Source: Histomonas meleagridis 2922-C6/04-290x
Taxonomy: Eukaryota; Protista; Parabasalia
Direction: 5' to 3'
Assembly (NCBI GenBank): GCA_020184695.1
Contig: JAANOX010000146.1
Coordinates: 1 to 64,000, forward strand
Length of the DNA stretch: 64,000 nt
The position numbers and the translations under genes were made by a program. This document shows, in pieces, positions 22,014-33,369 of the stretch. The notes beneath the pieces were generated by a model. That model made no database searches and was not told the origin of the DNA. It saw only the letters and a list, made by a program, of their open reading frames with translations. Within the stretch, counting starts at the first letter, position 1, and each line of letters starts with the position of its first letter.

Positions 22014-23618
22014 TTACCAGCGTGTATTTTTCATCACAACTTTGTGAACACTTTTAACTTTATGAAACAATTGAAGTGATTTTAATAATTTTCTATTTTC
22101 TTTTTCCATAGTAATAATTATGTTTTCTATTAATTTTGTTTTAGTTTCCGTTTCGATGAGCTGAGATTTTATGCTTTCAAGGTTGCTTTTGGTTTGCTCA
22201 ATTTCTTTTTTCAATTTCATTTTTTCAATTTTTGGGATTTGCAAAAGCATTTCGTAATTTTGCTTCATTATTTCATATTTTCGGTCCGAATTTTTTATCT
22301 TTTTGTCACTATTTTGATTGTATTTATTTATTTTTTGTAGGATTTCTTCAATTCGTTTAAATTTTTGGTTAACTTTTTCGATATTTTCTGTTTTTGCTTT
22401 TGTCTTGTTAAATATTATTTTTCGTTTTTCATTAATTGACTTTAAATTACTACTTAAATCACTAATAATTTTTTGATGTTTTTCAGAGTTTAATTTAATT
22501 TGAACATTCATTTCAGATAATTTTTCTTCTAATTTTTTGTTTTCTTCTTCGAGTTTAAGAATTTCGTTTTTCTTTTGTTCATTTTTATTATTCAGTAGTT
22601 GAAGTTCATTTTTATATTTTTTTATTTCTGTTTTCATTCGCTCATCAAATTGATTTTCTTTAAGTAAATTGATTTCCTCTGTATGCAAAGTTTGGTCAAC
22701 ATGTGTCTGAATCATTTTCAAAGTGTTATTTTTTTCATCATAAATCTTTTGACTTTGCAAAAGTTTGTTTTCGAGTGAATCAATAAGACTATTCAATTTG
22801 ATTTGTAAATCATCGAATCCATTTACGGCTATATTGAATTCCTTTGAAAGTGAATTGAATTCATTTTGAAGACGATTTGAAATTTCGCTTTTCTCTGTAT
22901 TCATATTATGAGTTAAAGAAAGCAAATGTTGTTTTTGATCACACAGAGAATCAATGTGGGATTTGGCAGTAAATTTTTCGTTTGTAATTTCTTCTGTTGA
23001 TTTTTGAATTTGTGATTTCCCCTCATCATGGATTTGATTAATAATACTTTGAATCTCACAGAGTCTGCTTTTTGTATCACTTTCTTTTTTGGTAAGTTCT
23101 TCTACTTGAATAAAAAGTTGGGATTTGAATGAATTTTTTTTTTGATCAAATATTCTTTCCTTTTCATATTTCATTTGATTTATCATTTCTTTTAATTCAC
23201 TTATCATTGTAGTAATATTGGTATCTTTTTGTTCCAAATGAGTTAATTTTATACATAAAGTATCAAAGGAATTCGATTTTTCACTAATTGATTCTCGGAT
23301 TGTTTTTGTTTTGTCTTTTCTTAATTGGAGCTTAATATTCAATTTTTGGATTTGTTTATTTTTGATTTGGATTAAATTTTTATTTTCTTCAAATTCTTTT
23401 AAAATTTGTTCATATTCTTGTGTCATGCTATGAACCTGTGCGTCCTTCCTTTGAATGAAGTTTGAGACTTCATTAAATTGATTGCTTTGTGCCGGAAGTA
23501 ACAACTTTTTGTATATAAAATGTACGTTAAAAAACAAAATAAACGGTCGTTCAATAAAAGAAGAACTTGAAAATTTTACAAAAAAAAAACATAAAAATGA
23601 TAAAACACACAAATTCAA
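22014..23618 (-). CDS. Coiled-coil protein (probable start at ATG 23426)
   Basis: Long K/E/Q/N-rich heptad ORF. The first ~64 listed codons are low-complexity and probably upstream of the true start. Confidence 0.65.
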   Translation of the reverse strand: MNLCVLSFLCFFFVKFSSSSFIERPFILFFNVHFIYKKLLLPAQSNQFNEVSNFIQRKDAQVHSMTQEYEQILKEFEENKNLIQIKNKQIQKLNIKLQLRKDKTKTIRESISEKSNSFDTLCIKLTHLEQKDTNITTMISELKEMINQMKYEKERIFDQKKNSFKSQLFIQVEELTKKESDTKSRLCEIQSIINQIHDEGKSQIQKSTEEITNEKFTAKSHIDSLCDQKQHLLSLTHNMNTEKSEISNRLQNEFNSLSKEFNIAVNGFDDLQIKLNSLIDSLENKLLQSQKIYDEKNNTLKMIQTHVDQTLHTEEINLLKENQFDERMKTEIKKYKNELQLLNNKNEQKKNEILKLEEENKKLEEKLSEMNVQIKLNSEKHQKIISDLSSNLKSINEKRKIIFNKTKAKTENIEKVNQKFKRIEEILQKINKYNQNSDKKIKNSDRKYEIMKQNYEMLLQIPKIEKMKLKKEIEQTKSNLESIKSQLIETETKTKLIENIIITMEKENRKLLKSLQLFHKVKSVHKVVMKNTRW

Positions 23619-23698
23619 ATAATGAACGATAGGTATATCACATTATAAAAAAATATTTTAAAAAGAACAATTTTAATAAATTCATATGAATAACATTT

Positions 23699-24796
23699 TC
23701 AAAATTGAAAATCATCATTTGTTTCGACTGAGGCATATTCAGCTTTGATTTGAAGCTTCTTTAACGTTTCAACCACATTTCCAACCTCACTCTCATACAC
23801 CTGTTCATTTTCGAATGATTTGTGCATATCAATTGTTTGTTGCACAAGAAGTTTTCTTTTGCTTGGATTTGATCCTCTAATGAGTCCACCGCCTGTTGAA
23901 CATGAGCCCGGACAAAAATCTGCTTCGACAATGTCATATTGGCAATTATTTCGGTCGATATTTGCGGATAATCTTCGAAGTGATGCTTCGCCACAAATTA
24001 ATGCTCCTTTAAGGTTTCCACAAGTATATTCTATAACATGTCCTGCTTCTTTGACTTCAACTTCTTTGTATCCTGAAAGTTTACGAACCATATAAATGGC
24101 ATCATTATCATTTGGAAATGGAAATGTTTCAATTTCATCTGATTCTTGAATCATTGAACTTATTTCACCAACAGAAATAGTACCATCAATATCCCCCTTG
24201 AATCGACCCGTTTCAAGTTTCCGATCATAGCACGGGGCGACGTTTAAAACATATGGCGGTTTTTTGATATCGTTTTTGGAATGTAAAGCATACAATTGAG
24301 GAAACGGTTTGATTGGTGCTAAATGATTTGCATTCTTGGTTTTGCGCTCGAAAAAGAGAACAGCTCCAGGGCACCGAGATATGATAAATGGCTTGGTTAT
24401 CTTTGCTTTCTTAAATTCATCTATCAATAGATTTCTCCAAACAATTTGCCAAAACCCATCATGTACTACTTGGGATGCACCAAGTGATAAAAAGAAAAAG
24501 GACATTGAACCAAAAGCTTTTTGAATTGACCACTGTTTTGCAGCTGCAAGATTAGCAAGTACTGATGTTGAAATGATCACTGAAAATCCTGGATTTTCCT
24601 TTATTGCTTGAAGAATTTTTGTTGGATCTTGGTGAGAAAGAAGAGTAATTTCATCTTCAGTTATTGCACATCCACTGCATGCAAGGCAATCTTTTAAAGA
24701 AACAGTAAAAACTGTTTCATTATCATCTTTAATTCTTCCACGTTCTTCTACAACAGGATGGATACAGATTACTGATTCTTGGCCAGGATTATTCAT
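23699..24796 (-). CDS. NAR1: Cytosolic Fe-S assembly factor Nar1/NARF (FeFe-hydrogenase-like)
   Basis: Motifs VSLKDCLACSGC, SRCPG, APCYDRKLE and EADFCPGSCSTGGG. Confidence 0.88.
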   Translation of the reverse strand: MNNPGQESVICIHPVVEERGRIKDDNETVFTVSLKDCLACSGCAITEDEITLLSHQDPTKILQAIKENPGFSVIISTSVLANLAAAKQWSIQKAFGSMSFFFLSLGASQVVHDGFWQIVWRNLLIDEFKKAKITKPFIISRCPGAVLFFERKTKNANHLAPIKPFPQLYALHSKNDIKKPPYVLNVAPCYDRKLETGRFKGDIDGTISVGEISSMIQESDEIETFPFPNDNDAIYMVRKLSGYKEVEVKEAGHVIEYTCGNLKGALICGEASLRRLSANIDRNNCQYDIVEADFCPGSCSTGGGLIRGSNPSKRKLLVQQTIDMHKSFENEQVYESEVGNVVETLKKLQIKAEYASVETNDDFQF

Positions 24797-25532
24797 GTTT
24801 TGACGATAATAAACTTCTGGTCACTTCACGTTGTATCGTATATTTAACGTTCTTCAGTATTGGCTTGTCAAGACAGTTAACGTCTCCACTTGTCCTTTAA
24901 ACTATTCAAAAAGTGGAATACTGAAAAGTGAGCATATTTTGTAGTTTCATAAAAAAAGTAACTTATTATTATGATTTTTATATCACTATGCAAGGGTAAG
25001 GCAACCAAAGGTGAAGCAATTCATTTTATATCACAAGAAAGAAATTACTAAAAGTTAAATGTAATTATATAAATATTTACTAGGTTATCTGAATAAAAAA
25101 TATTGAAACAAGAACTTTTTTATGATGTTTTGTTTTCTCAGCAATTTCAAAATTATTATTTTCGAGTGCAATTGCAAGTGCAGTTTTAAACGATTGAAAA
25201 AAATTTCAAATATTATTATAAAATTTCAAATCATTAAAGCAAGTTTTAAATAAAACAAATAAATATCTTTAGTATTAACATCATTTCCATTTTGTTCAAG
25301 AAGTAATTCTACTATTGTTTGAAAACACATTTAAAACATTTAATATTATTATGTTCCTTTTGCAAAAAGGCATTACGAGAAGAACTTATAAAGTATTAAA
25401 AAAATTGAGTTACATATCGTGGATACATCCAAAGTACTAAGGCTTGCAGTTATCAATCAACAAATAAAAACATTTAAATAGAAAGATTTTTATGATTATT
25501 TTAATAATTCTTCTTCTCTTTAAACAAGGAAA

Positions 25533-26426
25533 CTAAACAGAAGTTTCTTCATCAAATTCATCACCAAATGCAGGAGTTGGAATAATCCATGTGAAGTAAT
25601 TTCCATTTCCAAAAACTTCTTTCATTGAATCAATTGCATTCATATTTTTTCGTTTTTCGTTTTTCCAAACTTGTATCATAGTCATATTCTTTAATAAATT
25701 TGATAAAGCTTTAAGAAATGTATGTAATAAAGCTCCAAATAAACAAATTTCGATTATAATCATTAAAATATCAGTCACAAACATAAAAATATTTACGTTT
25801 TTTAATATTGTAAGCACTACCAATCCCCAAAGAATGATGAAAAAAGAATTGATCATTCCCCATAAACATAACAACATAAATTGTTTATGGTTACGTTTGC
25901 CAACCCAATTATTAATCCAACTACAAATATGATCACCTCTTATCACAAATCTTCCATAAGTTTTTGAAAAAGATGCAAATTTTGGATGGTTATTATAAGC
26001 ATAAAATACTTGTTCTTCAGTAATTGCGAGACCAGATAATTGTTCTTCCCATGTATATAATAATTTTTTTGTCTGAATCCAATCAAATGGCAAATATCCA
26101 GGATCTTGACATGCTGCTGAAAAATAAGACCACATAAAGAATACATAACTTGTAATAACTGTAATCGTTGCAATTATTTTGCATTCAATTTTTAAGTGTT
26201 CAAATATAACGAGAAAGAAAAATAATAAAGGAAGAATTGAAAGAAAAAAGACTAAAATTGGTAATCTTAAATCAAGTTCTAAAAATCCCCAAAATGTTCT
26301 TTGTTGGATATCATTTTCAATCTTTACACATGGATCACTACATGGACAATTCCAAAAAATAAACCATTTTGTTTTTTCTACATATCCTCCATATTCATTG
26401 TAATCTGTCTCATTATGTTGTATCAT
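25533..26426 (-). CDS. DHHC-family palmitoyltransferase-like protein (DHIC variant)
   Basis: Four TM helices, QDPGYLP, DHICSWINNWVGKRNHKQF, N.T..Q.WK and C-terminal EVFG...WIIP. Confidence 0.8.
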   Translation of the reverse strand: MIQHNETDYNEYGGYVEKTKWFIFWNCPCSDPCVKIENDIQQRTFWGFLELDLRLPILVFFLSILPLLFFFLVIFEHLKIECKIIATITVITSYVFFMWSYFSAACQDPGYLPFDWIQTKKLLYTWEEQLSGLAITEEQVFYAYNNHPKFASFSKTYGRFVIRGDHICSWINNWVGKRNHKQFMLLCLWGMINSFFIILWGLVVLTILKNVNIFMFVTDILMIIIEICLFGALLHTFLKALSNLLKNMTMIQVWKNEKRKNMNAIDSMKEVFGNGNYFTWIIPTPAFGDEFDEETSV

Positions 26427-26892
26427 CTCTATTTCATTGATCGGTTTATTTTATGAAAAAAACAAGAAATCATTGCCTTATTTTATTATACTTAAAAAGT
26501 TTTCTTAGGAAATTGCTTTTTGTGTTTAATAATCTCTAAGTCATGATTAGAAAATACGTATTACATCTCGAAATGCTATGATAAAAAAAGGAAAATAAAC
26601 ATTTATTGTGTTCGTGTTTTTTTAATTTTTAGGGGGTTGGTTATGTTTTTTTTTATTAGATGGAATTAATATATTAGATACTTTATGTGGTTTTGTGTAA
26701 TAATTAGGAAAAACAAGATTTTAATTAAATTTTCAAATTCAATTAACTATTGTTATGTTACTAAAGTAAATTTACATGAAATTTAAAAATAACGTGCGTG
26801 GATTGATATTCAATACATCTTCAATTAGAAGTAAGATAATAATTTATTTTAATTTTCTTTTCGAATGTACAAAAAAAAATTTGGCGGGAAAA

Positions 26893-29583
26893 ATGGATGT
26901 TAAAAATATGGACGAGTCAAATACTTTTAGCATATTACAAAAGCAAAATGAAGCACTCGAGCTAAAAAACCAAGAATTACAGAAACAAAATGAAAATTTA
27001 AGGACTCAATTTGAACAAGCTCTTGATGTATCATCAAAAATTGAAGATGTCTTCAAGGAAAACAAAATATTGGTACAAAAAATAAGATTACTACAATCCG
27101 AAAAAGATGAGGTTACGAAGTGTCTCCAATTAAGTAATAAAACTATCGATGAATTAAAAAATCAATTACGTGAAAGAGATATGCAAAGACAAGAAATCCA
27201 AAACAGTCAAATGATAAATAATAAAAAGCAAATCGAAGATAATTCATATTTAATTCAAGAATTACAGATTAAAACTTTGCAACAAAATCATCAGATTGAA
27301 AAAGCCCAAATGGAAAATGAATTAAAACAAATATTCAAAATATCATCTGAGTTTTTCCAGCAAGAGATTCATAATACATCACAATTAACAAAAGCATTTT
27401 TTGAATCAAGTCAAGAAATATCTAAAAATGGGCAAAATCAAAAGTATGTTTTAAAAATTCAAAAGAAATTGCGTAAACTTAAGATGGAAATCATTAAAGA
27501 AAATAAATTAATTACAGAATATTCACAACAAATACAAAAAAATGAACAAAAAATAAATGAACTCCAAAATCAAAATAACTCATTAAACCAAGAACTTTCA
27601 AATTTAAAACAAGAAAAAAATGAAATTAAAGAAAAATATGATAATATTGAAAGTGAAAATGTTCAATTAAAAGCGAATTTAAAACTAAAAAAAATCAAAC
27701 AAAATGAAACTAAAAATGAAGAAACTATAAACCTTATACATAAAGTTGATGAAATTTCTTCGTTGCTTAAAGAATCAAAGGAAAAGAATAAAATATATAA
27801 GGAAACAATTGCAAACCTTCAAATAAAATTAAATTATCAATTAGAATTAAATGAAAATTTGAAAGCAGATAAATCAAATGAAATTAATAAAAAAGATTCA
27901 ACAATTTCGAAATTAAATGAAAAATGTAATGAACTTGATTTAAAGATCAAAGAAGCACAAATACAACAAAATATAACAAGTAAATTCAAAGAAGAGAATT
28001 CATTAATTAAGGAAGAAAATGATGGGTTAAGAGAAGAGATGGAAAAATTAACAAATTACTTAGAAAATCAAAAAAATGAATTCATGCAAAAGATAAATGA
28101 AAAAAATACTACAATCGAGCATTTAGAATCTGAACTGAAAGAAGTAAAACATAAACTTGAAATAGCATCTAAGCCAATTGAAATATCAAAACTTATTCCA
28201 CTTGCATCTTGGTCATGTACTGAAATGCCTTCTGAATTAACTAAAATCATTGAAAATTTAATCAATAATGATACTCTTCAACTTCCATCTAAAATAAGAA
28301 ACGTAATTTCAGTTATTTGTAAATGGTTTACATCTAAAACACTTCTCGTTGAAAAAGAGATTAAAGAGAAGAACGATAAATTATTTTCTTTAAATACAAA
28401 AGTCATCTCATTAATTGAACTTATTAAACAATCTTTTCCAGAGGTTAAATTTGATATTGATTCAATTCTTGAAAACGAAAATATTAAAATGGAGCTATCT
28501 CAACATATTAATAATTTACATAAAGAATTAAGAAGCGTCAAGGAATTCAAAAATAATATTGAAGAACAAACTTTAGATCTTTTCTTAACATTAAAAATTG
28601 ATTCTTTATCAGAAGCAAAAAATGCTGTTGTTAATATGATGAAAACATTTAAAACACTCACAAAGAAATATCAAAAAGTCAAGAAAAATAATCAAATTAT
28701 TATAAGAAATAAAAAAAAGGCAGAAGAAAATTATGTTAAAATCCAAGAAAATTATAGTGAAATTCAAGAAAAAAATAATCAAATGATAAACGAAAATAAA
28801 AAATTGGTTTTTTTAATTCAAAATCAACAAAACCAAATTAATGAACTTAAAAAACAATTAAAACAATTAAAAACTGAATTAAATAAGCAATTAGCAAACA
28901 TTAAAAATGAAAAGAACACAAGTCAAAACATGAAAGAAGCATTAGATACATTTTCTGTACAGAATAATTCTCTTAAAACACAATTAGAAGATTGTCAAAA
29001 TGAAATTGATGAAATTAAGAAACATTATAAAGAGAAAATTAAAAATGAAAGAAATGAAAGTAAAACTCAATTTGATAAAATGTTATATGAAATGAAAAAG
29101 AAAAATTCAGAATGTTGTGAAATTATTCAACAACGAAACATAACAATTTCAACTCAAAAGGAAGAAATAGAAAAACTTGAATCAACAATTCGGGAATTAA
29201 ATCTTAGATGTCAAAAACTCAAAACTCAAATCAACACAATAATAGCAGAAGATGATCAAAATCAAAAATCACTTAAATCTCAAACGAACGCAAAATTAAT
29301 GTCATTAGAAACAGAATACAAATCAAAGTTACAAGAAGCTCAAACAAAAATACAGAAAATTCAACAACAATTTATTGATATATTAAATCAATCATTTTCA
29401 ACTTTGATTTCTCAACAATTCAATGAGGAAAATTGTTCTGACTTGCTCAATAAAATTAGTAACGATTTTAGTAAAATGAAAACACAAGATACATATATTC
29501 GACAATTATTAAAAATTCAACCAAATCAAGCAATTGATCAAGTTATTCTAAACCTCAAAAAACATGATAAAATATCTACTTAA
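26893..29583 (+). CDS. Large coiled-coil protein, parabasalid-type family (paralogue of 49535-52480)
   Basis: Uninterrupted ~900-aa heptad ORF. The N-terminal LxxxNxxLxxQxxQAL motif is shared with 49535-52480. The listed ORF starts at 26776, but ATG 26893 is more likely. Confidence 0.75.
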   Translation: MDVKNMDESNTFSILQKQNEALELKNQELQKQNENLRTQFEQALDVSSKIEDVFKENKILVQKIRLLQSEKDEVTKCLQLSNKTIDELKNQLRERDMQRQEIQNSQMINNKKQIEDNSYLIQELQIKTLQQNHQIEKAQMENELKQIFKISSEFFQQEIHNTSQLTKAFFESSQEISKNGQNQKYVLKIQKKLRKLKMEIIKENKLITEYSQQIQKNEQKINELQNQNNSLNQELSNLKQEKNEIKEKYDNIESENVQLKANLKLKKIKQNETKNEETINLIHKVDEISSLLKESKEKNKIYKETIANLQIKLNYQLELNENLKADKSNEINKKDSTISKLNEKCNELDLKIKEAQIQQNITSKFKEENSLIKEENDGLREEMEKLTNYLENQKNEFMQKINEKNTTIEHLESELKEVKHKLEIASKPIEISKLIPLASWSCTEMPSELTKIIENLINNDTLQLPSKIRNVISVICKWFTSKTLLVEKEIKEKNDKLFSLNTKVISLIELIKQSFPEVKFDIDSILENENIKMELSQHINNLHKELRSVKEFKNNIEEQTLDLFLTLKIDSLSEAKNAVVNMMKTFKTLTKKYQKVKKNNQIIIRNKKKAEENYVKIQENYSEIQEKNNQMINENKKLVFLIQNQQNQINELKKQLKQLKTELNKQLANIKNEKNTSQNMKEALDTFSVQNNSLKTQLEDCQNEIDEIKKHYKEKIKNERNESKTQFDKMLYEMKKKNSECCEIIQQRNITISTQKEEIEKLESTIRELNLRCQKLKTQINTIIAEDDQNQKSLKSQTNAKLMSLETEYKSKLQEAQTKIQKIQQQFIDILNQSFSTLISQQFNEENCSDLLNKISNDFSKMKTQDTYIRQLLKIQPNQAIDQVILNLKKHDKIST

Positions 29584-29938
29584 AATTTCATAAAGACTTC
29601 AGTGATTTTTAACATAAAATTAATATTAATTTAACATAAAAAATAGATTCATCTAAATGCTAATTAAAATTCTTATTCTGAAGAAATGTAATCCTTAAAC
29701 TCAAAAATCTTACAAGAGTGCTGATCTCCTTTATATCTCTTTTTGTTTCAATAAAATATGTTTAAACTTTACATTTTAATCTTTTTAATTTTATGTATAT
29801 TAACATTAATATAACTAATAATTACAAGGAATTAATGTTTTCTGAATGTAAATTCATTAATCAATCTACAATTGTTAGAAAAAGTTTCAATTCACTTTTT
29901 TATAAACTACTTAATTACATATTTCAATATTCTACATC

Positions 29939-32900
29939 ATGACTGAAAAAAACTACTTAACTTATCTCGAATCATTAGAAAATATAATCTATAATATAAA
30001 TGAAGCAAATATTGAGTCATCAATTGAAAATATTTTAAATAATTTTGATGATGAAGAAAATTCATTTTCATTTTTACATGTAATTACTCAATTAACTTTT
30101 TCCACTTTTATTTGGCAAAAAGGTGAAGCTCAAACCATATTAACATTTTTAAGATCAATATACGAAAAAAAGAAAACAACAATTCAAGATATGTATTCAA
30201 TAAAAACACTTCTTTCATCATTAAATTGTGCATATAAACCACAAGAGTCACTTTATTTTTTAGGAAAAATGATAGAAGAAAAGATGATTGAACCTAGTTT
30301 TGTTGAATCTTTAAATTCCATATATTTTATGCAATATTTTCCAAATAAAGAACCCAAAAAATTCAAAGATTTCTATTTTTTATATAATGTTGAAAATTTA
30401 CGAGAAAATGATTTTGCACTTCATAAACAATTAGTTAAAGATGGAATTAATCCTAATGAAATTGCAAAGATAATTCGGAATGATGAAATAGAAAAATTTC
30501 AAGAAATATCATCATTGGAAGATTTTAATTATGATCAACATATTATCCCATCACTTTATGAAAGATTTTCTTTTATTAATACTAAAGGTATTTCTTTAAT
30601 AGATTATGCAGCATTTTTCGGATCAATTAAATGTTTCAAATATTTGTTGTTAAATAAACCTTCATTAGAAAATATTGGACAATTTGCTGCTGCAGGAGGA
30701 AATTTAGAAATATTTCATTTATGTGAAAATAATAATGCATCATTTGAAGGTTCCGTTGAAATACTTATCGAATATCATCGAAATGATATCTTTAAATATC
30801 TTTACGAAAATAAAAATGACTTATTCAAATCTAAAGATATTAATTTATTAGGAAAGAAATGTATTATATTTTTTAATTATGAGCTTTTATCATATTTAGA
30901 AGATAATGGATTAAAAGCTAATAAAGAATTTGTAATTGAATCAGCTAAAATTGGCAATTTATATTTATTTAAACATTTTTATGATAAGAAGGAATGTAAT
31001 TCCCATGCAATTCATATATTAACTTGTGTTATGGAATCAGGTAATATTGAGTTTTTAAAATACTTACTAAAAAATATCAAAATGAACATTAATGATAAAA
31101 ATGTTTTTTGTATTGTTTTAGAGTTATTTTGTTTTATTATATATCCGAATATATTTATTGGAGTTTTTTATAAAAAGTTGAAGCTCCTATTATATCTGCA
31201 GCATTACTTGGTAATATAGAAATAATGAAGATAATTCTTGATGTAAAATCTATATTAATAAATGCAATAGATTTTTATTGGAATATTTTAAAGTTGATTC
31301 AACAATTATAATAATTTAATATAATATTCGGTGTATATTTTGCATATTTAAAACTGCACTTATTGTTGCATCATCAAAGGGTTTCTATGATATAGTTAAA
31401 TTGCTTCTTGAATTTTCATCGATAAATGTAAATATTAAAGATATTTGTTTACTTATTTTAAATTTTGTTTCTTGAATTTGATATATAAAAATATAATTTG
31501 GATTTTGTTTATATAAATTTTAACAGCATTAATGTATGCATCTAAAAATTGTTTTCCTGATATTGTTAAATTACTTCTTGAACAAAAAAGTATCAAAACT
31601 AATATTAAAGATATACAATTTGTTTATTTAAATTTTATTTTAATATTTTGAAATTTTGTGACAATTCATGGAAACATTTTAAACTATTTTTTACTGCTCT
31701 CATTTTTGCTGCTCAAGCAGGGTGTACTGAAATTGTTCAATTACTTATCGAAAAAAAGGATAATATAAATGCTACTACAATTGAATTCTAGTATTTAATG
31801 TTTTTTTCATAAGTTTAATATTTTTAAATGATGTTTGATATTTTCTTCATTTATTTTATGCAGCAATTCATTTAGCAATTATTAATGGATATGTAGATAT
31901 AGTTAAATTGCTTCTTGCACAAAAAGGAATTAAAATTAATAACAAAATTAATTTTTATATGTTTTATAAAATTTTTGTGTCAATTATTTAATATTTTAAC
32001 ATATTATATGGGATTTATACAAAATTTTCAAAACTCCTCTTATTATAGCATCTGAAATTGGTCATACTGAAATTGTTAATTTACTTCTACAACAAAAAGG
32101 AACAAAAATTGATTTAACTGATGATTTTTTCATTGGCAAAATGTTTATTTAAAAATTATCTTGTTTAAAAATAATTTTTGGAATTTGTTCCAATTTTTTG
32201 AAACAGCATTTCTGAAAGCATCTAAAATAGGAAATATTGATATAACTAAAGCTCTGATTGAAAAAGAAACAAATATACAAGTAAAAAATATTTATTTTTT
32301 TTCTTACAAAATTTATTTCATTGATAAAATGTTTTAAAATAATATTAGGAAATTAATTAAATTATTTGAAACAGCACTTATCCTAGCAACCAAATATTAT
32401 CACAATGAAATTGTAAATTATCTACTTGAACAAGATGATATAAATATTAATGCTAAAGATATTTATTTCATTCATATAGTATTTATTATAAATGTTTTCA
32501 GTTTTAAAATACTATTTGGAAATTGTTTAAATTATTTAATACTGCACTTCTGTGGGCAACTAAATATGATAAGACAGAAATAGTTAAATTACTTCTTAAA
32601 AAAGATGGAATTGATGTTAACTTCAAAGATATTTTTTCTTTTGTTAAAAAATTTATTTCATTATATTGAGATTTCAAAAATCTATTTAAAAATTGTACAA
32701 AATATTTAGAACACCACTTATGCATGCTTCTTTGAAGGGTAATATAGAAATTGTTAAATTACTTCTAGAAAAAGAAGGAATTGACATCAATGCCAAAGAT
32801 ATTTTTTGATTCTAATTAAAATTTCTTTCATTAATTTAAAGATTCAAAATAAAATTTGATATTAATACATAACATGTAATACAGCACTTATGTTAGCAAC

Positions 32901-32952
32901 TAAAAACGGGCATATTGAGATCAAAAATTTACTTAAATCCAAACGTGTATGA
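29939..32952 (+). CDS. DUF3447-type ankyrin-repeat protein 'A', interrupted by 44 17-nt inserts; decoded length 754 aa
   Basis: A 388-codon N-terminal region (NPNEIAKIIRND, DYAAFFGSIKCFKYLL) is followed by 11 stop-free ankyrin modules. 3014 nt minus 749 nt of inserts is 2265 nt, an open frame ending TGA at 32950-32952. Confidence 0.8.
31103..32880 (+). other. Array of 11 linker regions built from (17-nt insert + 1 codon) x4
   Basis: Linkers start at 31103, 31273, 31443, 31613, 31780, 31953, 32123, 32290, 32461, 32631 and 32801. Retained codons read RYGE, KNGK, KDGL, KEGF, NNDY, NNGK, NLGE, KNGE, SSGN, KEKR, KKDN. Confidence 0.9.
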
Positions 32953-33129
32953 CATACAATAGGAACCTGAAATAAAAATAAAATTCTTAAATTTTATCAT
33001 ATAAAATATACTGTAAAACTAACTAAAAATCAAATTAAATTTACACCCATTTTCCATAAATAAAATCGTTTCAAAGAAAGGAATAAATTCAATTATTATA
33101 TAACAAAAAACCATCAAATATACAAAGCA

Positions 33130-33309
33130 CAAAATTTCAACAAAAGCTTTACAAAATACATTCATTTCAGGATAATACACAACTCCAATAAAGTTTAAAA
33201 CTCAAACAAAAACGCAAAACTTCAACAAAAGCTTTACAAAATATTTTCATTCCAATAAACAAAAACAACTCCAATAAAGTTTAAAACTCAAACAAAAACG
33301 CAAAACTTC
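33130..33309. repeat. Intergenic ~86-bp tandem duplication (about 2 copies)
   Basis: caaaaYttcaacaaaagctttacaaaata at 33130 and 33215; caactccaataaagtttaaaactcaaacaaaaacgcaaaacttc at 33180 and 33266. Confidence 0.8.
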
Positions 33310-33369
33310 GCAAAATCACCACAATAAAACACTGTAAATTTCATCATTAATTTAATAACATTACAAAAA

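Noticed and set aside
31103-32880. 170-nt periodicity as a CRISPR-like repeat-spacer array
   Set aside because: The conserved part is protein-coding ankyrin sequence with synonymous variation, the genome is eukaryotic, and there are no cas genes.
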